64,000 bases of DNA from Mobula birostris (GCF_030028105.1 NC_092385.1:36732774-36796773), one strand, 5' to 3'; positions 13,722 through 25,525 are shown, counted from the first letter of the stretch. The notes: generated from the sequence alone by a model not told the origin. Program-made: numbers and translations.

Positions 13722-14094
13722 AAGGCAACACACACAAAATGCTGGAAGAACTCTGCAGGTCATGCAGTATCTATGGAAATAAATAAACAGTCCATGTTTC
13801 GGGCAGAGACCCTTCTTCAGGACTGAAAGGAAGGGGGAAGATGCCAGAATAAATAGGTGGGGGCGAGGGGGAGGAGGCTAGCTAGAAGGTGATAGGTTCT
13901 AGCCAGCCCCCTTCCCCTCTCCCCACCTTTTTATTTTGGTGTATTCCCCCTTCCTTTCCAATCCAGAAGGCCCTCGGCCTGAAACGTCATCTTGTTCATT
14001 CATTTCCGTAGATGCTGCCTGACCTGCTGAGTTCCTCCAGCATTTTGTGTGTGTAGCTTTGGATTTCCAGCCTCTACAGACGTTCTTGTGTTTA
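13722..14094. mobile_element. PLE-derived fold-back element with two inverted hammerhead-like motifs
   Basis: Inverted arms of ~165 bp and tail on the right; 13-bp TSD ccctttgaaatcc at 13709-13721 and 14095-14107. Minus-strand motif cagtc-CTGAAGA-agggtctctgccc-GAAACATG-gactg at 13788-13825. Confidence 0.88.
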
Positions 14095-14770
14095 CCCTTT
14101 GAAATCCTGACTTTTCTCAGGTGTTAATCTAATGTACTAGAGAAGTAGGAGTGGTGTGGCAGTGAAATGATGTAACTCATTCCTGCAGTTTTAGTAATTT
14201 GAGAAATTAGTAATAGCTAGCTTTAATAGCAAATCTAATTGAAATTATAAAGCACTTAAAACAATGTTCAGCCTGAGGTGTTCATGAGATACTTGACAAC
14301 ACATAAGCCAGTATTATGCCAATTTGAATCACCCCATGTGATACTAAGAAATGTTTGAAAGCACCCATATGAAAGTAACAATGGATCCAGCAAACATTTC
14401 GGATGCAGTGCTGAAATCTGCAGTCCAGAATAGTTTCCATTTCCAATAAAGCTTTTCCAGAACAGCTACAACATGGGTAGAAATCTAAATTCTGTATACA
14501 TATTTTACCAGTGTGGTCGACCACACTGTTTCATACGTTATTCTGTTCTGCTGCAAACTGAAATTAAATGAAAATACTGCACATGGTGGTTTAGTCTGCA
14601 GTCAATTTCAGTGGTGGCAAGAAGTCTAATGGCTATAAACTTAATTGCTTAACTGTGCCAGTTTTCTAGCTGGTGAAGGGTGGAGGGACTAGGGCCATGT
14701 GCTCTGGTGTAAACAGAATGGTGCTGGGGAGGTAGAGGGAAGGGTGTCAGGTAGGGAAGGAGATTTGGAG

Positions 14771-15631
14771 CTTTCCACAGGGATTGCTCCCTATGCGACT
14801 CCCTTGTCCATTTGTCCCTCCCCACTGTCTTCCCTCCTGGTACTTATCATTGTAAGCAGAACAGGTGCTGCATTTGCCCCTACACCTGCTCCCTCACTAC
14901 CATTCAGGGCCCCAAGCAATCCTTCCAAGTGAGGCAACACTTCACCTGTGAGTCTGTTGGAGTCATATACTGTGTGCGGTGCTCCTGGTGTGGCCTCTTG
15001 TATATCAGTGAGACCTAACATAGATTAGGAGACTGCTTCGCCGAGCATCTATGCTCCGTCCACCAGAACAAGCGGGATCTCCCAGTGGCCATCCACTTTC
15101 CATTCCTAATCTGATATGTCCATCTATGGCCTCCCTTACTGTCGGGATAAGGCCACACTTAGGTTGGAGGAACAATACCTTATATTCTGTTTGGGTAGCC
15201 TCCAACCTGATGGTATGAACATACATTTCTGAAACTTCCCATAATGCCTTCACCCCTTCACCATTTCCCATTCCTTTGTCCCTCTCTCATGTTATCTCCT
15301 TGCCTGCCCATCACCTCCCTCTGGTGCTCCTCCACTCCTTCCCCCTTTTTTTCATTTTTCCATGCCTTCTGTTTCTTTCATCAATCAGCTTCCTAGCTCT
15401 TTGCTTCATCCCGTCCCCTCCCAGTTTTACCCATCGCCTGGCGTTTCTCTCTCTCCTCCCAGCACCTTTGAAATCTACTTCTCAGCTTTTTTTCTTCAGT
15501 CCCGCAGAAGGGTTTTGGTCCGAAACGTCGACTGTACTTTTTTCCATAGATGCTGCCTGGCCTGCTGAGTTCCTGCAGCATTTTGTGTGTGTTGTTTGGA
15601 CTTCCAGCATCTGCAGATTTTCTCTTGTTTG
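14771..15631 (+). mobile_element. 5'-truncated Penelope-like element (Neptune-type): Cys linker, GIY-YIG endonuclease remnant, 3' UTR, hammerhead relic
   Basis: ORF 14812: GTYHCKQNRCCICPY...HFTCESVGVIYCVRCSWCGLLYISET (GIY-YIG), continuing to LEEQYLIFCLGSLQPDGMN; motif at 15497-15534; probable TSD agatttggag (14761-14770) / agacttggag (15632-15641). Confidence 0.88.
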
Positions 15632-16720
15632 AGACTTGGAGTGGAATCCTTCCTAAAGTTGGTGTGGGAGGTGATCGGAATTAGAGGGTTTATTCATTCA
15701 GTTGGGATCTGGTTGTGTGCTTCTTGGGGCTGTGGGGATGAGGATCAGGACGTGGGGGGCCAACTTCTTCTGGTTGAGGTAGGGTGTCGAAAGAGGGATT
15801 GTGCCAAATATTGCAATGAAGGTAAAAATTAATGTTTAGGTGAGCACTGGGGTGATTGGAATTTAAGAGCCCTTGTAGCCCTTAGCCTTGAGGGATCCCA
15901 GGGTTGTGCAGGAGGGGCAGGGGGATTGTTGTCCAGGATACTTAAGGAAAGATTTAGATACTGTTATAAAATATAATGGTTTGTTTCTTCAATTGTTGGA
16001 TTAGCCATCTGGTGAAACACTCCCAAAGTGCTATGTTTTGCAAGTTCCAGATTTTTAGATCCATTGATGATCTCCCTTGTTTTTACCTACATGTGAAAGG
16101 GCATGTGGGACATCGGTTGCCTTCCCATGTGAAAGACTGCTCCCTCACTATTAGAGGACAAAAGCAATAGAGTTGGATTTGAATCCACATCCTTTTGCAG
16201 TTGATGATAACATTGCCTAGATTAGAAATCAGTAGTGATGAACACTTGCACTAAAATGTAGACTGGAAGATTAATTATCTGTTTGGTCTGATTGCTTGAT
16301 AATTCCATATTGATTAATTGCAGTGTTTTAAAATGTTTCTTATTTAAATCCATCTAATGCCCTATCTGCAATCCCCTCCTTTGTATTGTTGTTTCTGAAT
16401 AGTAGTGACAATTTGATTTACATTTTCAGGGGAGTGAAAATGAAAGGAAATAGTTTGATGTTCAGTGTATTCCCCATTCTCTGCAAACAAAAGGAATTCT
16501 TGCCATTTGTTTGTTCAATTTGTTTTTCATCTAACATCAAACACAGCAGGGAATGAGTCTTTACTCTCTGCAAGCTTGGTGACGTCAGTTAATGAAACAT
16601 CCTTGAATGTTCCTTCATAATCCAGAAGGGGAATAATTATGGCCTTTATCCCTGACCAAAAATATGCTTCCCAGTCCTGGTCAACAGATTACATTGCAGA
16701 GAGTTTATGTTGCTATCCTA

Positions 16721-17212
16721 CACTCAGTGGCCATTTTATTAGTTTTCTATTGACCACTGAGTGTATGCTGCTGTAGTCTATCCCTTTTAAGGTTTGATGC
16801 ATTGTGCATTCAGAGATGCTCTTCTGCACTCCACTGTTGTAACGTGTGGATATTTGAGTTACTGTCAGCTTGAATGAGTGTGGCCATTCTCCTCAGGGCT
16901 CTCTCATTAACAAGGCATTCTGCACTCACTGGATGTTTTTCTTTGCACAGTTCTCTGCAAACTCTAGAGACTGTTGTGGGTGAAAAAATCCCGGGAGATG
17001 AGCAATTTCTGAGATACTCAAACCACCCCGTCTGGCACTAACAATCATTCCATGGTCAAAGCCACTTAGATCACATTTTTTCTCCATTCTGATGTTTGGT
17101 CAGAACAACAACTGAACTTCTTGACAATATCTATATGCTTTCATGCATTGAGTTGCTGCCACTTAGATATTTGCATTAACAATGCACCTAAGATTGAGAT
17201 ACATTGAGTATA
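16721..17212 (-). mobile_element. Non-autonomous Tc1-like DNA transposon
   Basis: TA followed by TIR cactcagtggccattttattag; body similar to 37637-38743; degenerate right TIR (cattgagtata) hit by a PLE insertion. Confidence 0.75.
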
Positions 17213-17213
17213 T

Positions 17214-17440
17214 CCAATCACAAACAAAAGAAAATCTACAGATGCTGGAAGTCCAAGCAGCACACAAAAATACAGGAGGAACTTGGGCCAGGCAGCATCT
17301 ATGGAAAAGAGTATGGTCGATGTTTCAGGCCGAGACCCTTCAGAAGACCTGCTGAAGGATCTTGGCCCGAAACGTCGACTGTACTCTTTTCCATAGATGT
17401 TGCTTGACCTGCTGAGTTCCTCCAGCATTTTGTGTGTGTT
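17214..17440. mobile_element. PLE-derived fold-back mini-element (tail on left)
   Basis: Inverted arms meet at ~17348; + motif CTGCTGA-aggatcttggccc-GAAACGTC-gactg at 17349-17381; 14-bp repeat tacattgagtatat at 17200-17213 and 17440-17453. Confidence 0.88.
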
Positions 17441-17957
17441 ACATTGAGTATATATTGTGATGTAAAGTAGCCTGTGGGACATTTTCAAGTCCTACTCCTC
17501 CCTCATCTGCAGTGACACAGAGGGTAAAAATAGGCACCATGCAGCAAACTGTCAGAGAAGAAGACCCTTCCTTAGAGCCTTCATGTCTGTTAAGGTTTCA
17601 CCCAAGCATGGGATACAACAAAAACAAATTCAGTGCCTTTCACTCTTTCACACAGAGAAACAGTGAAGCTCTTCGTGAATGTACTTTTATGAGTTTGAGT
17701 TGCAGTATGTTAATTGTAGTTACTAATGATATGCTCCTCAGAGCACAATTTATCTTAAATGCTGAATGAGCATGGAATATATGTCTTAAACAAAGCATCT
17801 CACACTTTAGAGATGGAATGATTTTACGAGATAACTTACTTATAATTTGTTTCATCTGTGTGAATTTATGTCAGGCCTTTGCCATTTGATATATTCAGGA
17901 GGCCAATTGGTGGGTGCATCAGATGCACATGCTCTATTTGAATAATTATGCTAATTT

Positions 17958-18345
17958 AAATCTCAAAGTAAATTTGTTATCAAAATACTTATATGTCACC
18001 ATATACAACCCTGAATTCATTTTCTTGCGGGTATACTCAAAGAATCCAATAACCATAATGGAATCAATGAAAGACTGCACCAACTGGGTGTACAGCCACT
18101 GTGCAGAAGACAACAAACTGTGCAAATACAAAAAGGAAGAAATATTAATAATAAGAAGAAATAAGAAATAAATATTGAGAACATGACATAAGGTCCTTGA
18201 AAGTGAGTCCATATGTTGTGGGAATAGTTCAAGATGGGGCAAGTGAAGTTGAGTGAAATTATTCCCTTTTGGTTCAAGAGTCTGTTGGTTGAGAGGTAAT
18301 AACTGCGCCTGAACTTGGTGGTGTGAGTCCTGAGGCTTGTCAATT
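17958..18345 (-). mobile_element. Rex1/Babar-type LINE 3' end
   Basis: Minus ORF 'SLRTHTTKFRRSYYLST.RLLN' and a 3' UTR shared with 37840-38385 and 61836-62992. Confidence 0.78.
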
Positions 18346-18837
18346 CCTGTCCGTGTTGATGGCAAGGTTGCTAAATAGAGACATGTAAATCTAGCTACCT
18401 CCCTGTTTAGGCTCTCAGCAAAAGGTGTAAATTCACAGGTAGCCTTAGGAGTGCTCCTCAGACAAGTAAAGGAGAGTTCCTTTTGTGAAGCCACAGTCAC
18501 AGTCATCTGCCCCATCTTTTCATGAACCAGGTAAACTGTGTTGTCTAATTCTGTGTCTATAGCCAAACAGCCATTGAGGAATCAGTAACGGCACTTAATA
18601 TGCAAATTGCTGTTTTATTAGGGAGATAATGAGATTTGTGCTCAGCGAGACCTGTCTTCATCAACTTCTCTCTAAACAGACTGCGCAGATAGTGCAAGCC
18701 GAGGGATTCTCAAGAATGCAAAGTGTCTTTTACTTTATCCACAAAGCATTGAGAAAACTACACCAATACTCTAAGGCAGGAAATATTAACACACCTGAAG
18801 TTTGTTTGGACAAATTGTGATAGTGAACATCTTATTA

Positions 18838-19755
18838 CACTGGACAACAAAGATTTTGCTTCCTGAATACCTTTAGGTGTATCTTATGAATTTTCGGCTA
18901 CTGATCGTGAAAATCACCATGAAATTTCCCTAGCACATATCAATTTTTTTAATAAACTTATATTTATTATTTCAATTTGTAATTCAAGTCAATTAAAATG
19001 TTGCCTACAAAGTAAGCTGGAAAGTTTCCTATCTTGTCTAGGCGTGCTTGGGCATGCTTAGGCGGTGCAGCTGCTGCATGGCAGGACAGGTTTTAGTAAT
19101 AATTATAGGGTTCAGGACTGTAAGGATGGAATCTGCTATCACCGGGCACAAAAATTTCTATGAAGGACTTCGATATTTGAGACAGATGCTTCCCAGAATA
19201 ACTGATGCCATGATTAAGGAAAGCATTTTTGTTTGTCCACAAATCAAACAGGTCATCAATGACAGGCAATTTGAAGAATTTCTAGTGGGACTGGAGAAAA
19301 TCACATGGAAGGCATTCAAGGAAGTTGTTGAAATTTTTCTCGGCATCTACAGAGCACCAAACTACATGCAGCTAGTTGAAAAAATGCTTCAAGCATATAA
19401 AACCATGAAATGCAATGTCACTAAAGATTCATTTTCTGCATTCCCATTTAGACTTCTTCCCTGCAAATCTTGGTGCTGTTAGTGACGAGCATGGTGAAAG
19501 GTTTCACCAGAACATTGCAGTCATGGAGAAAAGATACCAGGGCAACTGGAATCCATCAATGCTGACAAATTATTGTTGGATACTTAAGCGAGAAGCCTCA
19601 GACACTGAGTACAAATGAAAGTCATTAACAAAATATTTTTAACTTAGTTGAACTATTGCAAAGCATCAGCATCATTATGCAATTAAACACATTATATTCA
19701 ATAAAAGTTAATTTGTTGTTTCTCCAAATTCCTACGTGATACAAGTAGTCTGTGT
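18838..19755 (+). mobile_element. Chapaev3-like (CMC superfamily) DNA transposon, internally deleted, transposase C-terminus frameshifted
   Basis: Starts tta|CACTGGACAACAAA. ORFs 19048-19482 and 19415-19618 join as ...IKESIFVCPQIKQVIND...AFKEVVEIFLGIYRAPNY...MKCN/MSLKIHFLHSHLDFFPANLGAVSDEHGERFHQNIAVMEKRYQGNWNPSMLTNYCW. Right TIR not found. Family call from recalled motif. Confidence 0.72.
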
Positions 19756-19920
19756 TCATCATCAAGCAGACTATAATAAACAGTAGTGAGATGTATGGCT
19801 CAGGGATGCTCCTGGTTGTCATGGTGTTGGATGTGATGGAAGTTGCTTTGTCATGGGGTGGGGTGGTTTATTTCTGGAGGAGTGTCAGCAGACAGCAGGG
19901 TTTCAAGTCATATTTGGGGC

Positions 19921-20176
19921 TGGCAAGGTAGCGTAAAGCTATTACAGGACCAGTAACCTGGGTTTAATTCCTGCCACGACCTGCAAGGAGTTTGTACATT
20001 CTTCTCGTGATTGCGTGGGTTTCCTCCGGGCGCTGTCACTTCCTCCCACATTCCAAAGACGCACAGGTTAGAAGGCTAGTTAGTCACATGGGTGTAATTG
20101 GGCAGTGGGGGCTCAATGGGCCAGAAAGGCTTGCTGCTGCACTGTGTCTCTAAACTGTAAACTGAACAAAACTAAA
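19921..20176 (+). mobile_element. tRNA-derived V-SINE (HE1-like)
   Basis: A-box-like tggcaaggtagcg, B-box-like gggtttaattcc, V-domain gtgggtttcctccgggcgc...ttcctcccacattccaaagac. Confidence 0.75.
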
Positions 20177-20309
20177 TTCCACAACTCTGCAGATATCTTC
20201 AATGTGGTACACGTGTGCTCAAACGGAAGGACTAGAAGTGTTGGTTAAATCTGCACTCTGTGGGGTAATGCTAAGTTACCAACATTATCAATATACAGCA
20301 ATTCAGAAA

Positions 20310-20578
20310 GAGGTTAGAGATTAGCTTTATCTGTCACATGTACATTGAAACATACAGTGAAGTGTCTTGTTTGCTTCAACGGCCAACACAGTCTGAGGAT
20401 TGAACTGGGCACTCCTCAAATGTTGCTATGCTTCTGGCGCCAATGCCCTAATCCTAAATGACGTTTTTGGGATGTGGGAGAAAGTGCAAACTCCTTCCGC
20501 ACGGTGGTGGGAATTGAACCTTATCGGTGATCGTTGGCACTGTAAAGTGTTGCGCTAACTGCTATCCTACTGTACTGT
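20310..20578 (-). mobile_element. tRNA-derived SINE with LINE-like tail
   Basis: Reverse B-box gggaattgaacc at ~20509-20520, reverse V-domain fragment tttgggatgtgggag, tail resembling Rex1-type 3' UTR. Confidence 0.6.
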
Positions 20579-20848
20579 CCTAAGCTAGTTCTCCATCACC
20601 TTCTCCAGCTACCTGGGCATGTGTAATTAAGGACGAGCTTTGCCTGTGACACCCACATACTTGAATGAAGTGTTGTTGTACAACAGATTGCTGTTATGCC
20701 ATCAGAATCCTTTTGTGAGCTAAGGTGGAAGTCGTCTGAGCAATTGTACCTTGCCAAATGGCTGGGTCTGAAAGTAAAATGGATCTGGTCACCCTGTAAA
20801 GCATCAGGTCCAGGCTCTGCACAAGTCCACACACCCTGATACTTCACA

Positions 20849-21037
20849 AACATGAGGAAATCTACAGATGCTGGAATTTCAAGCAACATGCATAAAAGTT
20901 GCTGGTGAACGCAGCAGGCCAGGCAGCATCTCTAGGAAAAGGTACAGTCCAAGGGGTATAAGATCACGAAGGATTTCAGGCGGAGACTCTTCGTCGACTG
21001 TACCTCTTCCTAGAGATGCTGCCTGGCCTGCTGCGTT
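20849..21037. mobile_element. PLE-derived fold-back mini-element, same subfamily as 5601-5801
   Basis: Shares diagnostic aaagttgctggtgaacgcagcaggccaggc; arms 20908-20949 / 20996-21037; 16-bp repeat accctgata(c/t)ttcaca at 20833-20848 and 21038-21053. Confidence 0.85.
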
Positions 21038-21226
21038 ACCCTGATATTTCACACTTGTTTTTCAGCTAAGTCTGCCAATACCCCAGTAATGTTACTTACA
21101 CTGCCACCTGAAAATGCTCATCTGAGTTCTGTATGTTAGAAGTAGTTGAAAATCAAGAAGCTGCAATTGCTGGAAATCTGAAATTTAAAAAAAATACAGA
21201 AGTTGCTGTAAGCACTCAACTGGTTA

Positions 21227-21762
21227 GCCATCCGGTGGTGTAGTAGCATTAGCACTGGATTTTCCACTACGTAATGTACTGGGTGGGCACAGGAGTACAT
21301 TCAGCCAGAGACTCATTCCTCCAAGATGCAGCACAGAGCGTCATAGGAAGTCATTCCTGCCTGTGGCCATCAAACTTTACAACTCTTCCCTTGGAGGGTC
21401 AGACACCCTGAGCCGATAGGCTGGTCCTGGACTTATTTCATAATTCACTGGCATAATTTACATTTTACTATTTAACTATTTATGGTTCTATTACTATTTA
21501 TTATTTATGGTGCAACTGTAATGAAAACCAATTTCCCCCGGGATCAATAAAGTATGACTACTATTACTACTACTACTACTACTGCTACTACTACTATGAA
21601 GCAAATGGTTCCGAGTTGGAATCTTTGCACACTTTCCATTGTGCTGGGTTGTGCGTCAAGCTAGCAACTTGGCAGCCTTGTAATAAAAAACAGTCAATTG
21701 CTACAGAAATGGCAAAAATGTCCCCATTGCGCCACAAAGCATGAAAAGGAACAACAACAACT
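21227..21762 (+). mobile_element. tRNA-headed SINE with (AAC)n tail, split by a Rex1-type LINE 3' end at ~21268-21597
   Basis: A-box-like ggtggtgtagtag upstream and B-box-like ggttccgagttggaatc after the insert. Insert encodes RKSFLPVAIKLYN and ends aataaa plus (CTA)n. Confidence 0.6.
21558..21597 (+). repeat. (CTA)n microsatellite, LINE 3' tail
   Basis: About 13 units with two interruptions, directly after aataaagtatga. Confidence 0.9.
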
Positions 21763-21844
21763 TAACTAGTCAAGCACATCTACTCAGATGATGGTTAACT
21801 ATTTCTTGTTGCCTGAATTCTGATTGTTTCCCCCATTTATTTTT

Positions 21845-22515
21845 AAAGTTACAGAGCAATACAGCATTGAAACAGGCACTTTGGCCCAACTCTTCCATGC
21901 TGAACAAGGTGCCCATTTGCCCCAGGTCCCTCTGAACCTTTCTTACCAATGTATCTGCCCAAGTGTACTTTTTAATATTGTTACTGTACCTGCCTCAACC
22001 ATTTATCTGGTAGTTTGCTCCACATGTGCACCACCTTCAGTGTGAATAAGTTGCCCTTTTAAATCTTCCCTTTCACATTAAGCCTATGTTCTCTAGTTTT
22101 CCATTCTTTTCCACTGAGTGTGTATATTCACTGTACCTACACCCTTTGTGATCTTATACAGCTCTATAGGATCACCCCCCTTTCTCCTATACTCCAATGA
22201 ATTAAGTCAAATTTCACGATGTTCAAAGTACAAAGTACATTTATTATCAAGGCATGTATGCGTTATATAACCTTGAGATTTGTCTCCTTCCAGATAGCCA
22301 CAAAACATAGAAACTTAATAGATTCCATTTAAAAAAAGAAGACAGTCAAACCGAGTCCTAGTCTACCTAACCTCTCCCTGTGACTTGGGCCCCTCAGTCA
22401 TGGCAACATTTTCAGAAATCTTCTTTCCACTCTTTCCACCTTAATTACATATTTGCTATAGGAGTACTATACACAACACCTCACCGACATCATGTGCAAC
22501 TGCATTATGATGTTC
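21845..22515 (-). mobile_element. CR1-type LINE 3' fragment with Rex1-type tail inserted at ~22215-22350
   Basis: Reverse-complement similarity to CR1 3' ends in this window; insert starts gttcaaagtacaaagtacatttattatcaag. Confidence 0.65.
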
Positions 22516-23239
22516 TAGCTGCTATAATGGCCTGACAGATGAAGGGCAGCCTGTCAAACACCTTCTACACCACCCTGTGTACCTTGATGTATTATGAAAG
22601 AAGCAGTACATGCAGGAATTAGCACCCGAGCCGCAATGTGTTTCGAACTCTGGATGGATGAAACTCCATGAATGAGATCCGAGCCCGAATTTTCTGTGCA
22701 TCTTGTATTGGTTTGGGTTGAATTGGCAGGGGTTAATTACCTGTTGTGATTCTCGTACTCTCGTTTTCATGCACTTTCCAACGTACCTTTCATAGCATTG
22801 TGCTATCAAATTAAATATTTAATTCATGAACCAATAATGCTAATTCCATTTTTGACAATGTAGCAAAATTGTAATCTGAATATAACTCCAGCTTTTAATT
22901 AAGTGAATGTATTTTCATGCTGTCAATATAAATATTATTTTGAACACAGAAATAATTTTTAAAGAATTGATAAAATAAGCTACTAAAAATAAGTTCCTCT
23001 GTGGTATCTGAGAGCCACAATTTAACTTGTAGCTAAGTTAACAATTTATTTCATAAATGAGTGGTGCTAATCTTTTTGGATAATTAATTCTGATTAGTGT
23101 TATTTGTCTCCGAGGCAACATCTTAACTGATAACATGGTGCTAGAAAGTAAGTGTTTATAATACCTACTCAAACTGCAGACTTTCTGTGTTGTTATCTGA
23201 AAAGATAAGTAAGCTAGGTTATAGTTATATATAGATATC

Positions 23240-23440
23240 CTTGACATAAGAGAAAGTAGTCGAGGAGGGTGTAATTGCAACGTTTGCAAGATATTTGGAG
23301 AAGTACATGGAAGGGAAGAGCTTGGAGGAATAGGAGGTGAATGTGGGCAACTGGGCCTAGCAGGGAGAATGCTCTGATCGGTATGGACCAGAAGGGCTGA
23401 AGGGCCTGTTTCTGTGCTGTATGACTGTATGATTCTGTGA
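23240..23440 (+). mobile_element. CR1-type LINE 3' end
   Basis: gggctgaagggcctgtttctgtgctgtatgactgtatgattct terminal signature. Confidence 0.75.
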
Positions 23441-23649
23441 CATTCCTGTACTCTATGTATGACCAAAGTACTTTTTCAGTCTTCTGTATTAATTCTGATG
23501 TCTCTATACCATATGTGATTTTCATCAGCAAAAATGGAAGTTAGTGAAGTACACAGATAAAAGATACTGATATAACAGTGAGGATGCTGTCATGATTTAT
23601 CCAACTTTCAAATGTATTTGGACTTAACAACTTAATGGCACAATATGTT

Positions 23650-24355
23650 TTCAGCCCTTTGCTTTCCTCACCTATTACTCTCAGCTTCCTATTCCCGTTC
23701 CGACATGTCAGTCCATGGCCTCCTCTTGTGCCAAGATGAGGCCACCCTCAGGGTGGAGGTACAACACCTTACATTCCATATGGGTACCCACTAACTTGAT
23801 GGCATGAATATTGATTTCTCTTTCTGGTAAAAAATTAATTCCCTCTCCCTCATGTCTTCTTCTATTTCCCACTCAGGACTCTTAGCTCTTCTCACCTGTG
23901 TATCACCTTCCCCTAGGTCCCCTCCTCCTTCTCTTTCTCCTATGGCCCACTCTCCTTTCCTATCAGGTTCCTTCCTCTCCAGCTCTTTACCTCTCCTACC
24001 CACCTGGTATCACCTATCACCGTCTAGCTATACTCCCTCCCTTCCCTCTACCTTTTTATTCTTGCCCTTTCTTTCCAATCCTGAAGAAGGAGCTTGGCCC
24101 AGAACTTTGACTGTTTGTTCATTTCCATAAATGGTGCCCGACCTGCTGAGTTCCTCCAGTATCTTGTTTCTCGCATTGTTCCCTTTTTCTGCCCTCTCTC
24201 CCATCCTCCTGCCTGCAGCTCCTCGTTGGGCTTCACCTATCACCAGCCAGCTCCTACACACACCCTCTCCTTTGCATTCTGGTTTTTGCCCCTTTTCCTT
24301 TCCAGTTCTGATGAAGGGTCTCGGCCGGAAACACTGACTGTTCGTTTGCCTCACT
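23650..24355 (+). mobile_element. Penelope-like 3' region with two tandem hammerhead-like motifs
   Basis: Endonuclease C-terminal remnant (gatgaggccaccctcagggtggag...caacacctt), pyrimidine-rich UTR, motifs at 24076-24113 and 24303-24340. Confidence 0.8.
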
Positions 24356-24954
24356 GTTTGTATTGATGATGCTGCATGCTGAAGTGTGGAACATCAGTGA
24401 ACCTCCACATCAAACTTTATACTATCATCAGCTCCCTTCTCTGACATTGAAGAAGGCTGGATGGGTTCTTCTATCAAGAAAGGTTGAACAAGTTGAGATA
24501 CCACTCATCAAGATTGGAGCCACCTGGCCCCTCAAACCTGCTCTGCCACTTAATATGATCATAGCTGATTATCCCTGGCATCAATCTGCCTTCTGTGCCA
24601 GTACGTGAAAGCCCTCAATGTCTTGATCTTTCAAAAGTTTATCAGCCTCTTCTTTAAATATCTCCATGGTTTAGCCTCTGGAATGTTTCTACATGGTGAT
24701 GACTACTCATGGTATTGGAGTATCTCTAAAGATATGTGGATGATGAATAGCATGGATAGTACAGACTGGATACAACATCATTGAAATGTTCAGGCAGCAG
24801 CAAGCTGGCGTGATGCCTGCGCTAAGGGAACTGTGCATGGGCCAATTTCACATTCCAATTCATGAACTCTTTTAGTGTGTGCAGTAGGTATTCTCCAGTT
24901 CAAAACAACTTGCCTCTTCCAAATAACACCTCAAGAACAACTTTATTACATTGG

Positions 24955-25525
24955 AATGAATCAGAATCAGAATCAGGTTTATTATCACCGGCATGTGACG
25001 TGAAATTGTTAACTTAGCAGCAGCAGTTCAATGCCATACATAATCTAGCAGAGAAAAAAAAATAAAATAAAACATAATAATAAATTGACAAATAAATCAA
25101 CTGCATATATTAAATTGACTAAAAAACATGCAAAAACAGAAATACTGTATATTTTTTTTTAAAAAGTGAGGTAGTGTCCAAAGCTTCAATGTCCATTTAG
25201 GAATCGGATGGCAGAGGGGAAGAAGCATCCTGAATCACTGAATGTGTGCCTTCAGGCTTCTGTACCTCCTGCCTGATGGTAACAGTGAGAAAAGGGCATG
25301 CCCTGGGTGCTGGAGGTCCTTAATAATTGATGCTGCATTTCTGAGACACTGCTCCCTAACAATGTCCTGGGTACTTTGTAGGCTAGTACCCAAGATGGAG
25401 CTGACTAGATTTACAACCTTCTGCAGCTTCTTTTGGTCCTGTGCAGTAGCCCCTCCATACCAGACCGTGATGCAGCCTGTCAGAATGCTCTCCAAGGTAC
25501 AACTACAGAAGTTTTTGAGTGTATT
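24955..25525 (-). mobile_element. Rex1/Babar-type LINE 3' portion with (AATCAG)n tail
   Basis: Minus ORF MESILTGCITVWYGG...HPGHALFSLLPSGRRYRSLK; close relative at 54023-54688. Confidence 0.85.

Noticed and set aside
15276-15632. Pro/Ser/Phe-rich or Gly/Glu/Arg-rich ORFs here and at 23852, 55632, 59962 and 60473
   Set aside because: Chance open frames in the pyrimidine/purine-skewed PLE 3' UTR; the recurring DAAWPAEFLQHF peptide is translated repeat.
17946-18566. 206-aa minus-strand ORF
   Set aside because: Runs through a LINE 3' UTR and flanking DNA; no recognisable domain.
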